Shown piece after piece: positions 28,810 to 43,823 of a stretch of DNA of 64,000 nucleotides. The translations under genes were made by a program, and so were the position numbers. The notes below the pieces were generated by a model. It saw only the letters and a program-made list of their open reading frames with translations, searched no databases and was not told where the DNA came from. Position 1 is the stretch's first letter; each line of letters opens with the position of its first letter. Source of the DNA: Octopus sinensis (Eukaryota); NCBI RefSeq assembly GCF_006345805.1, contig NC_042999.1:7316001-7380000 (forward strand), in the 5' to 3' direction.

Positions 28810-29380
28810 GGATAAGGCCCTAAATTTTGGTGGGAAGCAGGCTAGTCGAGTAGATCGACCCCAGTACGTAACTGGTACTTATTTAATCGACCCCAAAAGG
28901 ATGAAAGGCAAAGTCGACCTCGGCAGAATTTGAACTCAGAACGTAAAGACAGACGAAATACCTATTTCTTTACTACCCACAAGGGGCTAAATACAGAGAG
29001 AGCAAACAAGGACAGACAAACGGATTAAGTCGATTATATCGACCCCCAGTGCGTAACTGGTACTTATTTAATCGACCCCGAAAGGATGAAAGGCAAAGTC
29101 GACCTCGGCGGAATTTGAACTCAGAACGTAGCGGAAGACGAAATACCTATTTCTTTATTACCCACAAGGGGCTAAACACAGAGGGAACAAACAAGGACAG
29201 ACATAGGTATTAAGTCGATTACATCGACCCCAGTTCGTAACTGGCACTTAATTTATCGACCCCGAAAGGATGAAAGGCAAAGTCGACCTCGGCGGAATTT
29301 GAACTCAGAACGTAGCGGAAGACGAAATACCGCTAAGCATTTCGGCCGGCGTGCTAACGATTCTGCCAGCTCCTCGCCTT
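28810..29380 (-). mobile_element. SINE family 2 tandem trimer (one head, three bodies)
   Basis: Repeated junction GACGAAATACCTATTTC at ~28952 and ~29138; single head at ~29340-29378. Confidence 0.9.
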
Positions 29381-31478
29381 ATATTATTGTATAATTAGAA
29401 ATTCTAAAATCTTAAATAGCTTACACCTTTAAACGACAAATTCGATGAGTTTCTGTAGGGAGGCAATTAAGAATATATATGTGTTGAGTGCCAAATGATG
29501 GACAGGAAAATAGTTGGCAGGGCAACAGACAGAGATACAACGAGAGGGATAGAATAAAAGTTGTAATCATCATGTGACCACCAAAGTAGACGGTAGTATA
29601 AATAGCGTTGGTCTATTGAATGTATACAAGTGTTAAAATAAATTTTCATGAAACAATGTTAAATGAGAAAAGCGACAAACACTTAGGCCAAGCAAACGTA
29701 TCTTTACTTTTTTCAAAGACTTCATTCATTCATCACAAACGAATCACTTAATCATTATAAATGACGTGATAACAAGCTTGTCTGCCATTGTCAAAACGCA
29801 CGCATCTTATTTACAACGCTTAGACCACGAACTGATTTAAACAAATATCTGTATACTGTAGGTGTCCATTACGTCTACGACGGTAACCCTTGTTGCTGTT
29901 TGGTCCCAAGGACACCCTATTCTAGTCTAATGGGTTCAAACCAGAAGAGTACCAGAATTTATAGGAACGCTGGAAACCAGCGTTTTCAAAAGTAAAACAA
30001 TCACGGAATCGGACGCACATGTGTAAATAAATTCACGACATTTAGATAAAACACAATTGAACCAACCAATGAAGATCTGGTAGAACGGATAAAATGAGGA
30101 AGAAACTAATAAAATTAATTGCATCTATGTACGTCGTGGAGTGTCTAAAACTTTGGAATGTAGTTTCCATCGACGAAGCATGAGTTTTCTGTACGTCTAT
30201 GAATATCTCGTTTATTACCTATGTACATAAATATATGTACATACGACTATATTTGTATTCGTGGATGTATTCACCATATATCCATAAGAACATAAATTCG
30301 CTCAATAAATATCACTGAGAGAAGATAAAGAAAAAAGAACTATATTTTTCTTCCTTTGTACATTTTAACATAGATGTTCAGAGAACATGTACCTGATTTA
30401 TTTTGAAAAACTATTTGAGATATTTTTTTTTCTCTACATACAACTTCAAAGTTTGAAATATCATTCCCAGAACAGCAGAGATATGTTTAATATTGATCAA
30501 ATTTGTCGTTGTGTCTTTTCGCTTATTCATCTATCCTGAATATTTTTGTGGCCTTTTCCTTTGTGTATTTTTCAACATAGATACTTGGCTCAACTCTCTC
30601 TCTTCCACATGCAAGATAAATTACAGGGTATGCGTAAAAATCACTTTCAGTTGCACTGGGTTAATGTCTTCCTCTCAAACACCTTCAAATATATTTGCTT
30701 CTTTAATCCTCCTTCAGCTCCTTTAGCTAGTAAACACTCTATGACCATATCTATTGCTGCATGGACGACAGTCGTCTCATAACATTTTCCTATAAAAGTA
30801 TGATTCGTTCTGGCTTTGAACTTTCATTATTCTCCTTTGCTCTCGCACACACACATTCCATACAAACACTACCGAATCTGAAACCTAACATTTGTGTTCT
30901 AAGCTCTCTAAACTAACTAGTTTTATGCCTTACTTGTCTCTTTAAAAATCCACAAGAGACACGTTATCCACTTCAATCTCACAGATCTTGAACGACTTCC
31001 GGCGATTACGTGCATACTGTCCTCGTCCAGACTAATCTAACGTTTGTTCCGGAAGAGAATATTTGTTTATGACATTCACAAAGGTGGTTAAATAAACAAA
31101 ATAGATTTAAACCACTCTTCAGTTTCGTCTGGCCAGATGCGTTTCGTTTTCTCTTTAAAACACTTGCTTCCAGTTCCACTCGGTTAAAGAAGTGCCAAAA
31201 CCATAAATTATTGCGCAATTTTACTGCACATCTGTGCAACGTTTATTCTATTGTGTCATGAAATGAACCAGAACAAATGATTTTCACGCTGAAATTGACT
31301 GAGAAAGATTTTAAAACAGAGGAAATAGTGTTCAGTTGTCAGCGTCAAAATGTTATATAGAATGGGTAATTATTCGGCGTTGCTGTCTTTGGTTTTTAGT
31401 TTTGTTTCCTGGAATTTGTAGACTGTTTTTAATATGGAATGTTTCCAAACGTCAATCATTGGTTTCATGGTTGAGTGA

Positions 31479-31538
<60 letters not shown>

Positions 31539-32279
31539 CATTTCGATGAAGAATCCGATACCTTTATATATATATACATACACACATGTATGTATGCGTG
31601 TATGTATTTATGTATGTATGTATAGACATACATACCTATGCAGAAAAAAATCCAAGAGGAAGCATATCCCAAAGAACCGAACGTATAGACCCTAAAATAA
31701 TTTATCTAAAAGAAATTTAGACAATGATGAACACCAACGTTTGGGGAACGGACTGAAATTCACACCTACGCCAACAGTCAAACACCAAGGATTGCAGGAG
31801 GATATCCAAATATTCTGTCGGAAATTACTTGTTGAATTCTTTGCTAATAACGTTGTAAGGAATAAATCAAAATTCACCCCGCCAAAAGGAAAGAATAACC
31901 AATATATTGTTAAACTGTCTAAATTTTCCCTTATACACCATGCTAATGTTGGGCCAAATATTAAATCAAAGATGTCTGCACTTAAGCGCCTACAAAAGGA
32001 TAACACAATAAACATTGAAGAAGCAGATGAAGGGGTGCAATTGTTATAATGGATACCGAATGCTACAGAGATTTAGTTGAGGATTAATTCAAGGGCACAT
32101 CATTCTACAGTGAAATACTTTCAGATGTAGATCACCACATCCTGAAGAAGGTCTGTATCCTGGTTTCAAAACACTACAACCCCCTTGCCAATAAAGGAAA
32201 GAGATTACATCACCAATTTCAAGCCCAAACCCAGCTTCTATGGCTTACCAAAATTACACAAGTGAAAAGAAATTCAACA

Positions 32280-32449
32280 TGGATTGGCTGTGTGGTAAAT
32301 AGCTTGCTTACCAACTACATGGTTCCGGGTTCAGTCCCACTGCGTGGCACCTTGTGCAAGTGTCTTCTACTATAGCCCCGGACCGACCAAAGACTTGTGA
32401 GTGGATTTGGTAGACGGAAACTGAAAGAAGCCCGTCGTATATATGTATG

Positions 32450-32480
<31 letters not shown>

Positions 32481-32705
32481 TAGTATGTATGTGTGTGTAT
32501 ATGTTTGAGCGTCTGTGTTTGTCCCACCAACATCGCTTGTAAACCGATGCTGGTGTGTTTACGTCCCCGTAACGTTGCGGTTCGGCAAAAGAAACCGATA
32601 GAATAAGTACTAGGCTTACAGAGAATAAGTCCTGGAGTCGATTTGCTCGACTAAAAGCGGTGCTCCAGCATGGCCACAATCAAATTACTTAAACAAGTAA
32701 AAGAG
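32280..32705 (+). mobile_element. SINE family 1 inserted in the PLE
   Basis: Full head, microsatellite and tail structure. Confidence 0.9.
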
Positions 32706-33289
32706 GTAAATGATACAATGCAGTAACAAGAAAGTGAGTACATAAGATTACTACGCCCAAAAGACCTAAAAGGCAGACCTATTAAAGAGGGTCTAGCATG
32801 CCTTGACCACCGTCTAAACAATTTTATTGACATTATTTTGAAACCATTTTGTACCCACACACCTAGTCTCATCCGGGATGACATCGTCTTCCTGTGCCAC
32901 CCTTCCCAAAACGACGGAATCGAATTCACTTTTACACCAATATTCCACATGATCTAGGAATAAAGGCGATTACATACTCGGTGAGAAAACATAGAGACAT
33001 GATTCCTTGTAGATTCACCGTGACATTTGTATTAGACACAGTAAAACCTATCCTTGAAAATAATATTATTTTCAATGAAAGAATTACATCCAAGTAAAAA
33101 AAGAACGGCGATGTGAACGAGACTTGCTCCCGTTTATGCTGACTCCGTAATGGTATACTTAGAAAAACATCACTACCAAATAGCAGAGGAAAACTACGGT
33201 ATTGAATTTAGAAGTTATATTGAAGGTGAATGGAAGAGATGCCTTGAGAATTGCTTCATAGTCTGGACAAAACCTCTAGACACTCTAAA

Positions 33290-33705
33290 GCGGCGAGCTG
33301 GCAGAAATCTTAGCACGCAGGGCTAAATGCTTAGCGTTATTTCGTCTGTCTTTACGTTCTGAGTTCTAATTCCGCCGTGGTCGACTTTGCCTTTCATCCT
33401 TTCGAGGTCTAATCGACTGGCCTCCTCCCCCAAAATGTCTGGTCTTGCATCTAGAGTAGAAAAAAATCTCTAGACACACTGGGAGAATTTAATATCTATT
33501 TCTTTACTAGCCACAAGGGGCTAAACACAGAGAGGACAAACAAGGACAGACAAACGGATTAAGTCGATTACATCGAACCCAGTGCGTAACTGGTACTTAA
33601 TTTATCGACCCCGAAAGGATGAAAGGTAAAGTCGACCTCGGCGGAATTTGAACTCAGAACGTAAAGGCAGACGAAATACCGTTTCTGCCAGCTCGCCACC
33701 TTATT
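33290..33705. mobile_element. Two SINE family 2 copies (+ 33290-33460, - 33495-33700) in the PLE
   Basis: Family-2 head and GTCGACTTTGCCTTTCATCC core in both orientations. Confidence 0.85.
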
Positions 33706-34750
33706 TAATATCGTCTTGAACAATCTGCACCAAATTCTCCAATTTTGCAAAGGTAATGAGTAATACCAAATTACCATTTTTAGGCATAACAATAATTAAA
33801 AGTGACACTACCATCACCACTGATATATACTATAAATTGTGCCATCCAACACATACAAGATGCAATATCCTATACTGCATAGCCAGAAAATTTTGTAGCA
33901 TTGTGGAAGATGTGAATACCAGAAAAACACACCTAACAGAACTCAAAGAATTTCTACTTAGGCAAAACTACCCGTCTCTACTTATAGAAAATGGTATATA
34001 GCGTACAATAGAAGTACCCATAGAAATACCCCAGCAACTTAGGGCAACCTCCAAAAGAGGAAAACAAGAACAAGTCATACCATTTATAGTGACGCACAAT
34101 CCGTGTCACCAAAATATCTTTCGTATTGACGAAGCAAACTTACCGATCATTGTTGAAAATAATGAATTGAAGGATCTAATCACGGATCGAGCCATGATTC
34201 TGAGTAAAAGACTTGAAACACTTATTAACAAAGGCAAGGTTTGACCTAAGCAACAACGACGAATCAGTCATTGTATCGAGCTGCAATGATAATCGATGAG
34301 GTACAATCAATCAGCTCATACGAACCGGTCAATATACGAACACAAAATCCGGAAGAATATTTGCAAATGCAAATATGAACTGCAAAGGCAGAAATTTAAG
34401 TTACAGCATCAAATGCCCGGATTGTGGAGGGATATACGTTGGTCAGACGGAGAATGCGTTATCGGAACGTTCACATGTGCACCGACAGCAAATTAGGGAC
34501 CCTGATGTCCGTCAGATCCCTTTAGGCAATCAACTGGCAACAGTTTATAATATTCCTATTCTAGAAATTACACAACTCAAGTGAAATGGTGTGAAAAGTC
34601 AAAGAAAAAAAAAATTATTGATAAATTCAAAGCCGTTTTAAATGGACAATAATAATAACAACAGTAGTAACAGTAATAGTAACGGTGATAATTGTAATGA
34701 GGATAAGAATAATAATTATAACTACTACTACTACTACTACTACTACTTAT

Positions 34751-34792
<42 letters not shown>

Positions 34793-34800
34793 TACTACTA

Positions 34801-34837
<37 letters not shown>

Positions 34838-35008
34838 ACTAATACAATAACTACTACAAGAATTACTACAACAACAACTACTACTACTACTTACAACAAC
34901 AACAATAATAAATGTAAAGGCGATGGTGATTGTGGTAATAATGTCAATCATATCAACATGGACTTGATTGAAATGTAAAATTTCTGGATAATTATAATTG
35001 AATGCAAT

Positions 35009-35050
<42 letters not shown>

Positions 35051-35199
35051 ATATATTTGGTCGACATCTAAATCAGTACTATCACTAGAAAACCCAGCAG
35101 GATTGAAAAGAAAGCCTTACAAAAAGGCTGAATCCCTGGGCTCTCAGAATTTCCGGATTGGTGTCCGGCGTGCTGGCAGTGGAACGCTCTTCCAATTTT

Positions 35200-36155
35200 C
35201 TTAAAACAACGGAATCGATTTCACTTTTACTTTGCTTTGTTGCAGTAAGCCTTTACACCAATATTCCACATGATTTAGGAATAAAGGCGATTACATACTG
35301 GGTGGGAAAACATAGAGAAATGATTCCCTGTAAATTCACCGTGACATTTATTGGGTTGTCCAGAAAGTTCGTGCCGATTTATTGTAGCTTACTTACGACT
35401 TTTTTTAGAACATGGTTGAGTCCATAAAATAGAATTTGACTACACCTCCATTTAGAACACAGTTTAAGCTATCTTTTCGTGGAAGAAGGTTCCTATAACC
35501 TGTGTTAATTTGGTAACCCTTTAAAATAGAAGATAAGAAAGTTCATTTTCAGCACTTTATGCTTTGGGAACCAGACAAAAATTGCTGCAGTTCGGCTGGG
35601 ATTTGTTACCCCACCCTCCATATTCACCAGATATTTCTTCTTCGGATTTCCACTTATTCAAGTCTGCAGAATAGTCTTTATGGTAAAAATTTCAATTCCT
35701 TGGATGACGTGGATGATGTAAAAAGATACCTTGATGAATTCTTTGTCATGAAACCACCTCAATTCTGAGAAGAGAGTATTTTCAAGTTAAAGGAAAGATG
35801 AAGAAGCATTGTGCAACAAAATGGCTCATATTTGGTTGATAAAGAATATAATGGCAAGTATTTGTTGACCTTTTTCTTTCCTTTAAAAATCGGCACGCAC
35901 TTTCCAGACAACCCAATATATTAGACGCAGTCAAACCTATCATTGAAAATAACACATTATTTTCAATGCAAAGAATTACATCCAAGTTAGAAAAACGGCG
36001 ACATGAACGAGATTTGCTCCCGTTTATGCAAACTCTGTAATGATATGCTTAGAAAAACAACCCTACCAAAGACCAGAGGAGAACTACGGCATTGAATTTA
36101 GAAAGTATATTGAAGGTGCATGGAAGAGATGCCTTGGCAATTTCTTCATAATCTG
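35200..36155 (+). pseudogene. Second PLE RT segment paralogous to 32905-33260, split by a mariner
   Basis: CTTTACACCAATATTCCACATGAT...TGGAAGAGATGCCTTG repeated; retains VAVSLYTNIPHDLG. Confidence 0.85.
35351..35916 (+). mobile_element. Internally deleted mariner element
   Basis: TIRs TTGGGTTGTCCAGAAAGTTCGTGCCGATT / AATCGGCACGCACTTTCCAGACAACCCAA, TA TSD; HPPYSPD-like motif followed by LQNSLYGKNF...YLDEFF. Confidence 0.92.
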
Positions 36156-36441
36156 TTTATGAGAAGGTCTGATACGAATTGGATATGCGCGGGAAACCAT
36201 TGGACATTTGGGAGATCTTTGCTTGTGCTTGAGATCAAGGCGCTGCCGCATTCCTGAGTCAACGATCCATATTGGTACTAGATGCCGTGTCTTGGCTTCT
36301 GCGTTGTTCGTGCCAATAGTGAGGAGAAGTCTTTGAGGTGTCGCACAAACCATATTTGATCTGAAACATTGCACAACTATTAATGCTTCATAGTCAGGGT
36401 TGGTCTTCTTCGGTCACGAGTGGACGGCCATCACTCGCGCG

Positions 36442-36484
<43 letters not shown>

Positions 36485-36521
36485 GCACACATACACACGC
36501 ACGGATATAACTTGCCCTTTC

Positions 36522-36581
<60 letters not shown>

Positions 36582-37832
36582 CAGGATTCTATCAGTTTCC
36601 GTCTATGAATCCATTGCCAGATTTTGGTCAGCCCGAGGCTACAGTACAAGGCACACAGTGAGACTGAATCCAGAACCATATGGTTGAGAAGTGAGCTTCT
36701 TACCATTTCGCATCGATCGCCTGTGCCTTTATATATGTATATATATATATATATTTGAAATAATGAAAGTGTGAAATATATTGTGCTTCATATGGCGATG
36801 TATCTCCATGCTATATTGAGAAACTATTGTGGATAAATCTTGTTTTAGAAGACAGACGCAACAAAGAATTGGACTTTAAAACATATTTTACGAATGCTCT
36901 GCTGCAGGCTAACATTTGTCGGAGAAATCTAAACGGTCGTGATAGAATAATTAAATAACATTACTGCGATGCACTTGATCGCTCGCAGATTGATTAAACG
37001 CAAATAAAATCATTGGAATTCAGAAAGTTGGGAGAAACATTAAAAAGTTGAGAGAAGCATTAAAATTCTAAATACATCTTAACATTCTGCTCCATTTTGG
37101 CTTCTTTCTTTAGCGACGTCTGTCTCAATATTTCTTGGTTTCTCTCACATCACTAAATAAATTTAGAATTATTACTATCCAGACATGGATTTCTTTTTCT
37201 TGCTACCTACAGACCAATATTTCAAAACATAGTCTTCATTTATCAACATGGCATTACATTTAATTTCAAATTCAAAAGGAATTTTTAGAATATTTTACAA
37301 TGTTTTTTCCTTTATATTTCTTTCCAAATTAGTACGTGACTAACAAGAGGACAACTAAATTAATATATATCGACTTATTAGACTTGTAAGACTTTTCTGT
37401 ATGCTTTATAAGAGAATATAATTGAGTTTTATACTTTAAAGTTAAGTAATGAATAGTAGAAAAATAAAGAATACGGTCTGCTCTTAACTTCCGTTCTTGG
37501 CAGGTAGAATCCATTCATTTCAAGCATGGTATTATTTTTTTACTGCAGGAATATCTTTTTTAGTTTCTGCTGATTTTTAGAATTTAAATGAAGAATTATG
37601 AGCCGAGCAGATACTAATTTCAAAGAAATTCTTTTCTTTACAGTTGATAAAGTTTTATTCTATATTTCACAGTTTATGATCTTTTGGGAAAATAAACGGA
37701 AACAGTCTGCGTACTGTAATTTCATCTTATGATAATGTACATATATATATACATACATACATACATACATACATACATACATACATACAAATACACATAT
37801 ATAGATATATATGTATAAATGCGCATATATAC

Positions 37833-37896
<64 letters not shown>

Positions 37897-38179
37897 GTAT
37901 ATATGTGCATATATACGTATATATATACATATATATGTCTAAATGCATATATATATATATGCGTATATATTCATATACATAAATGCATATATGTAGATAT
38001 ACATACATACATACATACATGCACACACATACACACACATACATATATGTGTTTACATACATATATTTATATATATATACTCGTACATGAGAGCATATAC
38101 GTAGATTTAGTTATGTACATTGTTTGCATGTACACACACACACACATACACACAGATATATATATGTTTACATACATAG

Positions 38180-38227
<48 letters not shown>

Positions 38228-38309
38228 CTATGTATGTAAACATATATATATACTCGTACATGAATGTATATATGTAGATTTAGTTATGTACATATATGTA
38301 TGTTTGCAT

Positions 38310-38356
<47 letters not shown>

Positions 38357-39242
38357 GATTCATGAAACTTGTTTGGTTTCAGAGACTCTTTCTTTAGTGG
38401 CTTGTTAATAAACACGCTATGGTTTTATGTTTGGGAAAAATACTCTTACAAACATTGTTGCTTTGTTCGTTTATATTGTTTTCGTTTTTTTTCCCTTGAA
38501 CATAATATATCGTTTTTAAAAGTCATGTTTAGCCATAGCATCATGTGATAACAATTCTCTGAAAACACGAATTAGTCTCTCACTATGCTGGGAGTACTGA
38601 ACATCTCAAAGAAAAACAGAGCTGAACGTATAGTGACAATCACACCGACGTGTGTGATTTTTCAAGTCTTCTTGAATGTTAATTTGTGTTCTGAGCCTGA
38701 ATCGTATAGGGAGAGTATGGCACATCACCCCAGATTTTGGATGAATTCTGAATCAGATGAGAGGGTCGTTTAAGCAAGGCTGACATTCTTCACAGAATAT
38801 ACAAGTGATATACATTTCTCCGGAGACAAATTCGTGCCTCTAACACTTCAGCGTTAAAATGTGAGGTGCTTTTAGTTTGGAATAGTTGGAATAGCGCAAT
38901 GTCAAAGAAGTACGCTGGTTATAAACAGACCTGTAAAATCATAAATGAAATCCAGAAAGATACAGAAGCAGTTGTATCATAAATCTCCAAGCGCAGTTCT
39001 TCGGGTAAAGTGTTTCACAAGACAGTTCGAATTTCTGAAATTAATTACAAAAATGGGATATAAAATCAGCCTACAGAAATAGGTCGTTACTTTAATAATA
39101 GAGATAAATATTTTGCGGAAAGCGGTTTTAACAGAGAGAATAATAAATATAAAAACATATTCAAGAATAGAGGAACGACAATATATAAATATATGGAAGG
39201 AAGTTCGGCTATAAATAAGCTCACACATAAAAAACGTAATAC

Positions 39243-40380
<1,138 letters not shown>

Positions 40381-40492
40381 CAAACATATATATATACATA
40401 TATATACATATATAGTTCAAATTTACAGAAACACAAGTGAGGAAGACAGGTGTGTAAACAACAAACAGCTTCTCGGGAAGGTGAGAATGTCT

Positions 40493-40528
40493 CTTTTACG
40501 TTTCGAACCTACGCTCTTCAATAGAAAG
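40493..40528 (-). ncRNA. Degenerate minimal hammerhead
   Basis: Reverse complement CTTT-CTATTGA-AGAGCGTAGGTTC-GAAAC-GTA-AAAG. Confidence 0.5.
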
Positions 40529-40587
40529 TAACACGAAGAAATAAACAGAGACAAGAAAAAAAACTTGTGGACTTAGCCATCAATCAT

Positions 40588-40640
<53 letters not shown>

Positions 40641-40810
40641 GAGAAAAAAGCAACAAGAATGGATTAATCCATTCTTGTTGCTTTTTTCTCGTTTATAATC
40701 ACCCCACATTATTGTATGGTTAATACCATATAGTTTTCTGGTGCATCTAAGTTAAGTACCGCATTCAAGGGAATTCATTAGAACTGACTTGAATCTTAAT
40801 TGCTTTTACT

Positions 40811-40878
<68 letters not shown>

Positions 40879-41709
40879 AGCTGAATTTGAAATGTTACAG
40901 CTGTTTCTGTGATATGTCAAGTGATAGGCTAGAATATCCGTACACTGGGTATTCCGTCATTAGAAACAAGGTGAATACGTATTCCAGTTTATAAGGAATA
41001 AAATATATTATATATTATATTATAAGGAATAAAGGATTAAATACAAGAATCAAGAGTAAAAATAGATAGAAGAATACAGAGAGGAGAATACAGTTCACAG
41101 TTCATCTTTTTTCATGGAGTATGGAGGTTGTTCAGTACTACCGTGAAGGTATAGGCCCTTGGGTATAATCCCAGGTAAATCCAGGTAAATTCAGGCAGTA
41201 TTTTGAATGTTGCGTTCATGTTGAAGTAATGGATTAGTGTAAGATGTATAAAATGTTTATATATGTTAAGCCTAATTGCGCCTCGCTATATCCATATAAG
41301 TTCGCTTTCGAGTTCTCTTATAGCCACTTTTGAAACCGTGGACCAAGTCCCGGATGAAGAATATGGAATTAAAATCGAAAGTCATTTGAACACTACTTCC
41401 TGTTTTGTATTGCACAAATCTTCCTCCATGTACACATAAGATACAGCCAAGGCTATGCTGTTAATGCAAAAGTTCAAAATATTCCGAGATTCCAAGTGAT
41501 ATTATTGCGACATCAATACCAAATATAAATAAAGACTTGGTTTCTTCGATGCGACCTGTAAATACTTCAGCTATAAGAAGTGAACAAGTCACTGCAAGGT
41601 TAAACTCTGACTTCCATGGAGCTACTACCGCTTTCCTATTTGGTACGGTGCTGAAGCTACACCATTTAATATCCTAAATAGGCAATGAGGCTGATTGATA
41701 AAAATTTCA

Positions 41710-41859
41710 CTAACCTAGGCCTCGCTGTGTGGCAAGAAGTTTTTTCTCAGACCTAATGATATCGGGTTCAGTCTTCGGGCCAATGTCTTGTACTAGGCTC
41801 TTTGACCGACAAAAGTCTTATGAGTGGATTTGGTAAAGAGAAACTAAAAGGAGCCTGTC

Positions 41860-41900
<41 letters not shown>

Positions 41901-42110
41901 CTTGTGTATGTGTGTGCACCCGCCCCGAATTGACAACTGGTATTGGTTTGCTTACATGTCCGTGACTTAATGATTCGGCAAAAAACCCCAATAGAATAAG
42001 TACCGGACTTAAAAAATGCTGGAGTCGATTTGTTCGATTAAAAATGCCTCAAGTCGGTGCCCCAGCATAGCCGCATTCTGATATCTGAAACTAGTAACAG
42101 ATAAAAGAGA
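41710..42110 (+). mobile_element. SINE family 1, diverged
   Basis: GTGAGTGGATTTGGTA...GGTGCCCCAGCATAGCCGC. Confidence 0.8.
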
Positions 42111-43823
42111 ACCTCTATTCTCCATCTCAAGAAACCCATATCCTTAACTTCCTTTTCCCTGGTCCTACTTCCGCCTCTTAAATAACAAACTGCATCTCCT
42201 CTCAAAATTGCTTCCGTTATCTCTTCTGCGTTTTAGTCTCAGACCCACATAAGTTTTCTGAATGTAGATCACTGAAAACAGCAGTCCTCTGCTTCTCTTC
42301 TTCTACCGACCTTTAGCCTTGCTCATTAGGACTTCAAATCAACCATAAACTTTCTATCTATTTAGTCTGGAATGGTCTAGAAAGGTCATGTTTGCTATCT
42401 TTACACGTCCATTTAATTAGCAATCTAAGAAACTATGGAGGTCTCGTTCGACTATATCAAATAGAAACAGAATATCGTAACGCTAACTCTCATGAAAAAA
42501 AGGAGATTTCTAATTGTGTAACGTAAAACGATTAATCATCGCTATTTAGATAAGTTATTAAAAAGTAAGATGCTGTTGGTGGTTGTATGTGGTAGAGGAG
42601 CATTATGAGAAACTGTTGTGAGTTTAGAAGAAAATAAATCTGCGGTGTGAGAGAAGACAAGAATAATAGAAGAATAGAACAGAATTGAATAGAGAGACTG
42701 TTAGAAAAGAAGTAAAAAGAAAACGAAGGTGATGATGTTGATGATGGTGTTGAGGAGGTTTTGGAAGACAATGGGGGAAGAATGATAGGAAAACAGAATG
42801 ATACAAAGAATTGAAGAGAGGTTTTGGAAAAAGTTTTTGTAGATTAAACTGAAGCGAATGGATAGAAGCGGTGAAAGAGAATGTTGTGGATTAAAAGAAT
42901 GGAAAAGAATTGGCGATAAATAAAAGGAACGACCAAAGAAGATAATAGACGGAAGAATTAAGAGGTAAAGTCAATTCAACCGTAATTCACTTGGAAAGTA
43001 TTTTTATACGTACAATGGGGAGCAGAACGGGTAACAAAAAGGATGAGACAAAACGAAAACTTTATCAATTTAAACTTTAGTCAGTGAATATATAGCGATG
43101 GGAACTTATACAACAGGATATAGAATATGTGGTATGAAAAAACAATAGCATTTGAATTAAGTATGAGAACGAATTGATAAGTTTAATCAACAGACTTAAT
43201 TGTATTTCCTTAGATACGAACAAATTATGCTCTTCAATTACAATCAGAACTTCAATAATGGTCTACTAGAGAGTTAGCCGAGTTTATTGCCAGGAAGATG
43301 GCAATAAAAGAATCCAACGACACAGTATTCGTTGTCACGAGAGTGCTATACAGTCATTCATACTCAATTCACTACAGGAATAAATAATAGGAAACGGATT
43401 AAAAGCAAAGTAAAAAAATATGAGAAAATCTATATTTTTGCCAAAAATGTTAAGCAATAAAAAATAATCAAACGAAAATAATCTGAATATATTTATTGGA
43501 CATTTTAACAAAAAAAGTAGATTTATTGCGATATTTTTATTACAATATTCTGTAGCTCGACTCCAAGTAGTAACCTCTAAGTGAACAACGGTATTGAGAA
43601 GTGACTACATAAAATATAAATGTGTTGAGTATATTAATAATTTTGCAGCTTATTAATAGTTTTTGCTTCTATTACAGGTCTCCAAAGGCCAATATGTGCT
43701 GTGTCAGTTGCATTTTGATATGTCTGTCTCTAACGCAATCATTTACACACTCCGTCTGTCTGTTGGTCTGACAATCCGATGTCAATCATGTTGTCTCTGT
43801 CTTCGTTTTCAACGCATGGAGTA

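Larger units (their letters stand above)
31692..34600 (+). pseudogene. Decayed Penelope-like element (RT plus GIY-YIG) interrupted by SINEs
   Basis: GNGLKFTPTP, LKRLQKDNTINIEEADEG, FYGLPKLHK, YTNIPHDLGIKAI, WKRCLENCFIVW, and NLSYSIKCPDCGGIYVGQTENALSERSHVHRQQI. Confidence 0.85.

Noticed and set aside
28810-29380. Repeat array superficially like a CRISPR array
   Set aside because: The units are ~170-190-bp SINE bodies without unique spacers, in a eukaryotic context.
40880-40975. Minus-strand GAAAC-AGCT-GTA with upstream CTAATGA
   Set aside because: The core is mutated, the stem II region is overlong and stem I is poor; not counted as an HHR.
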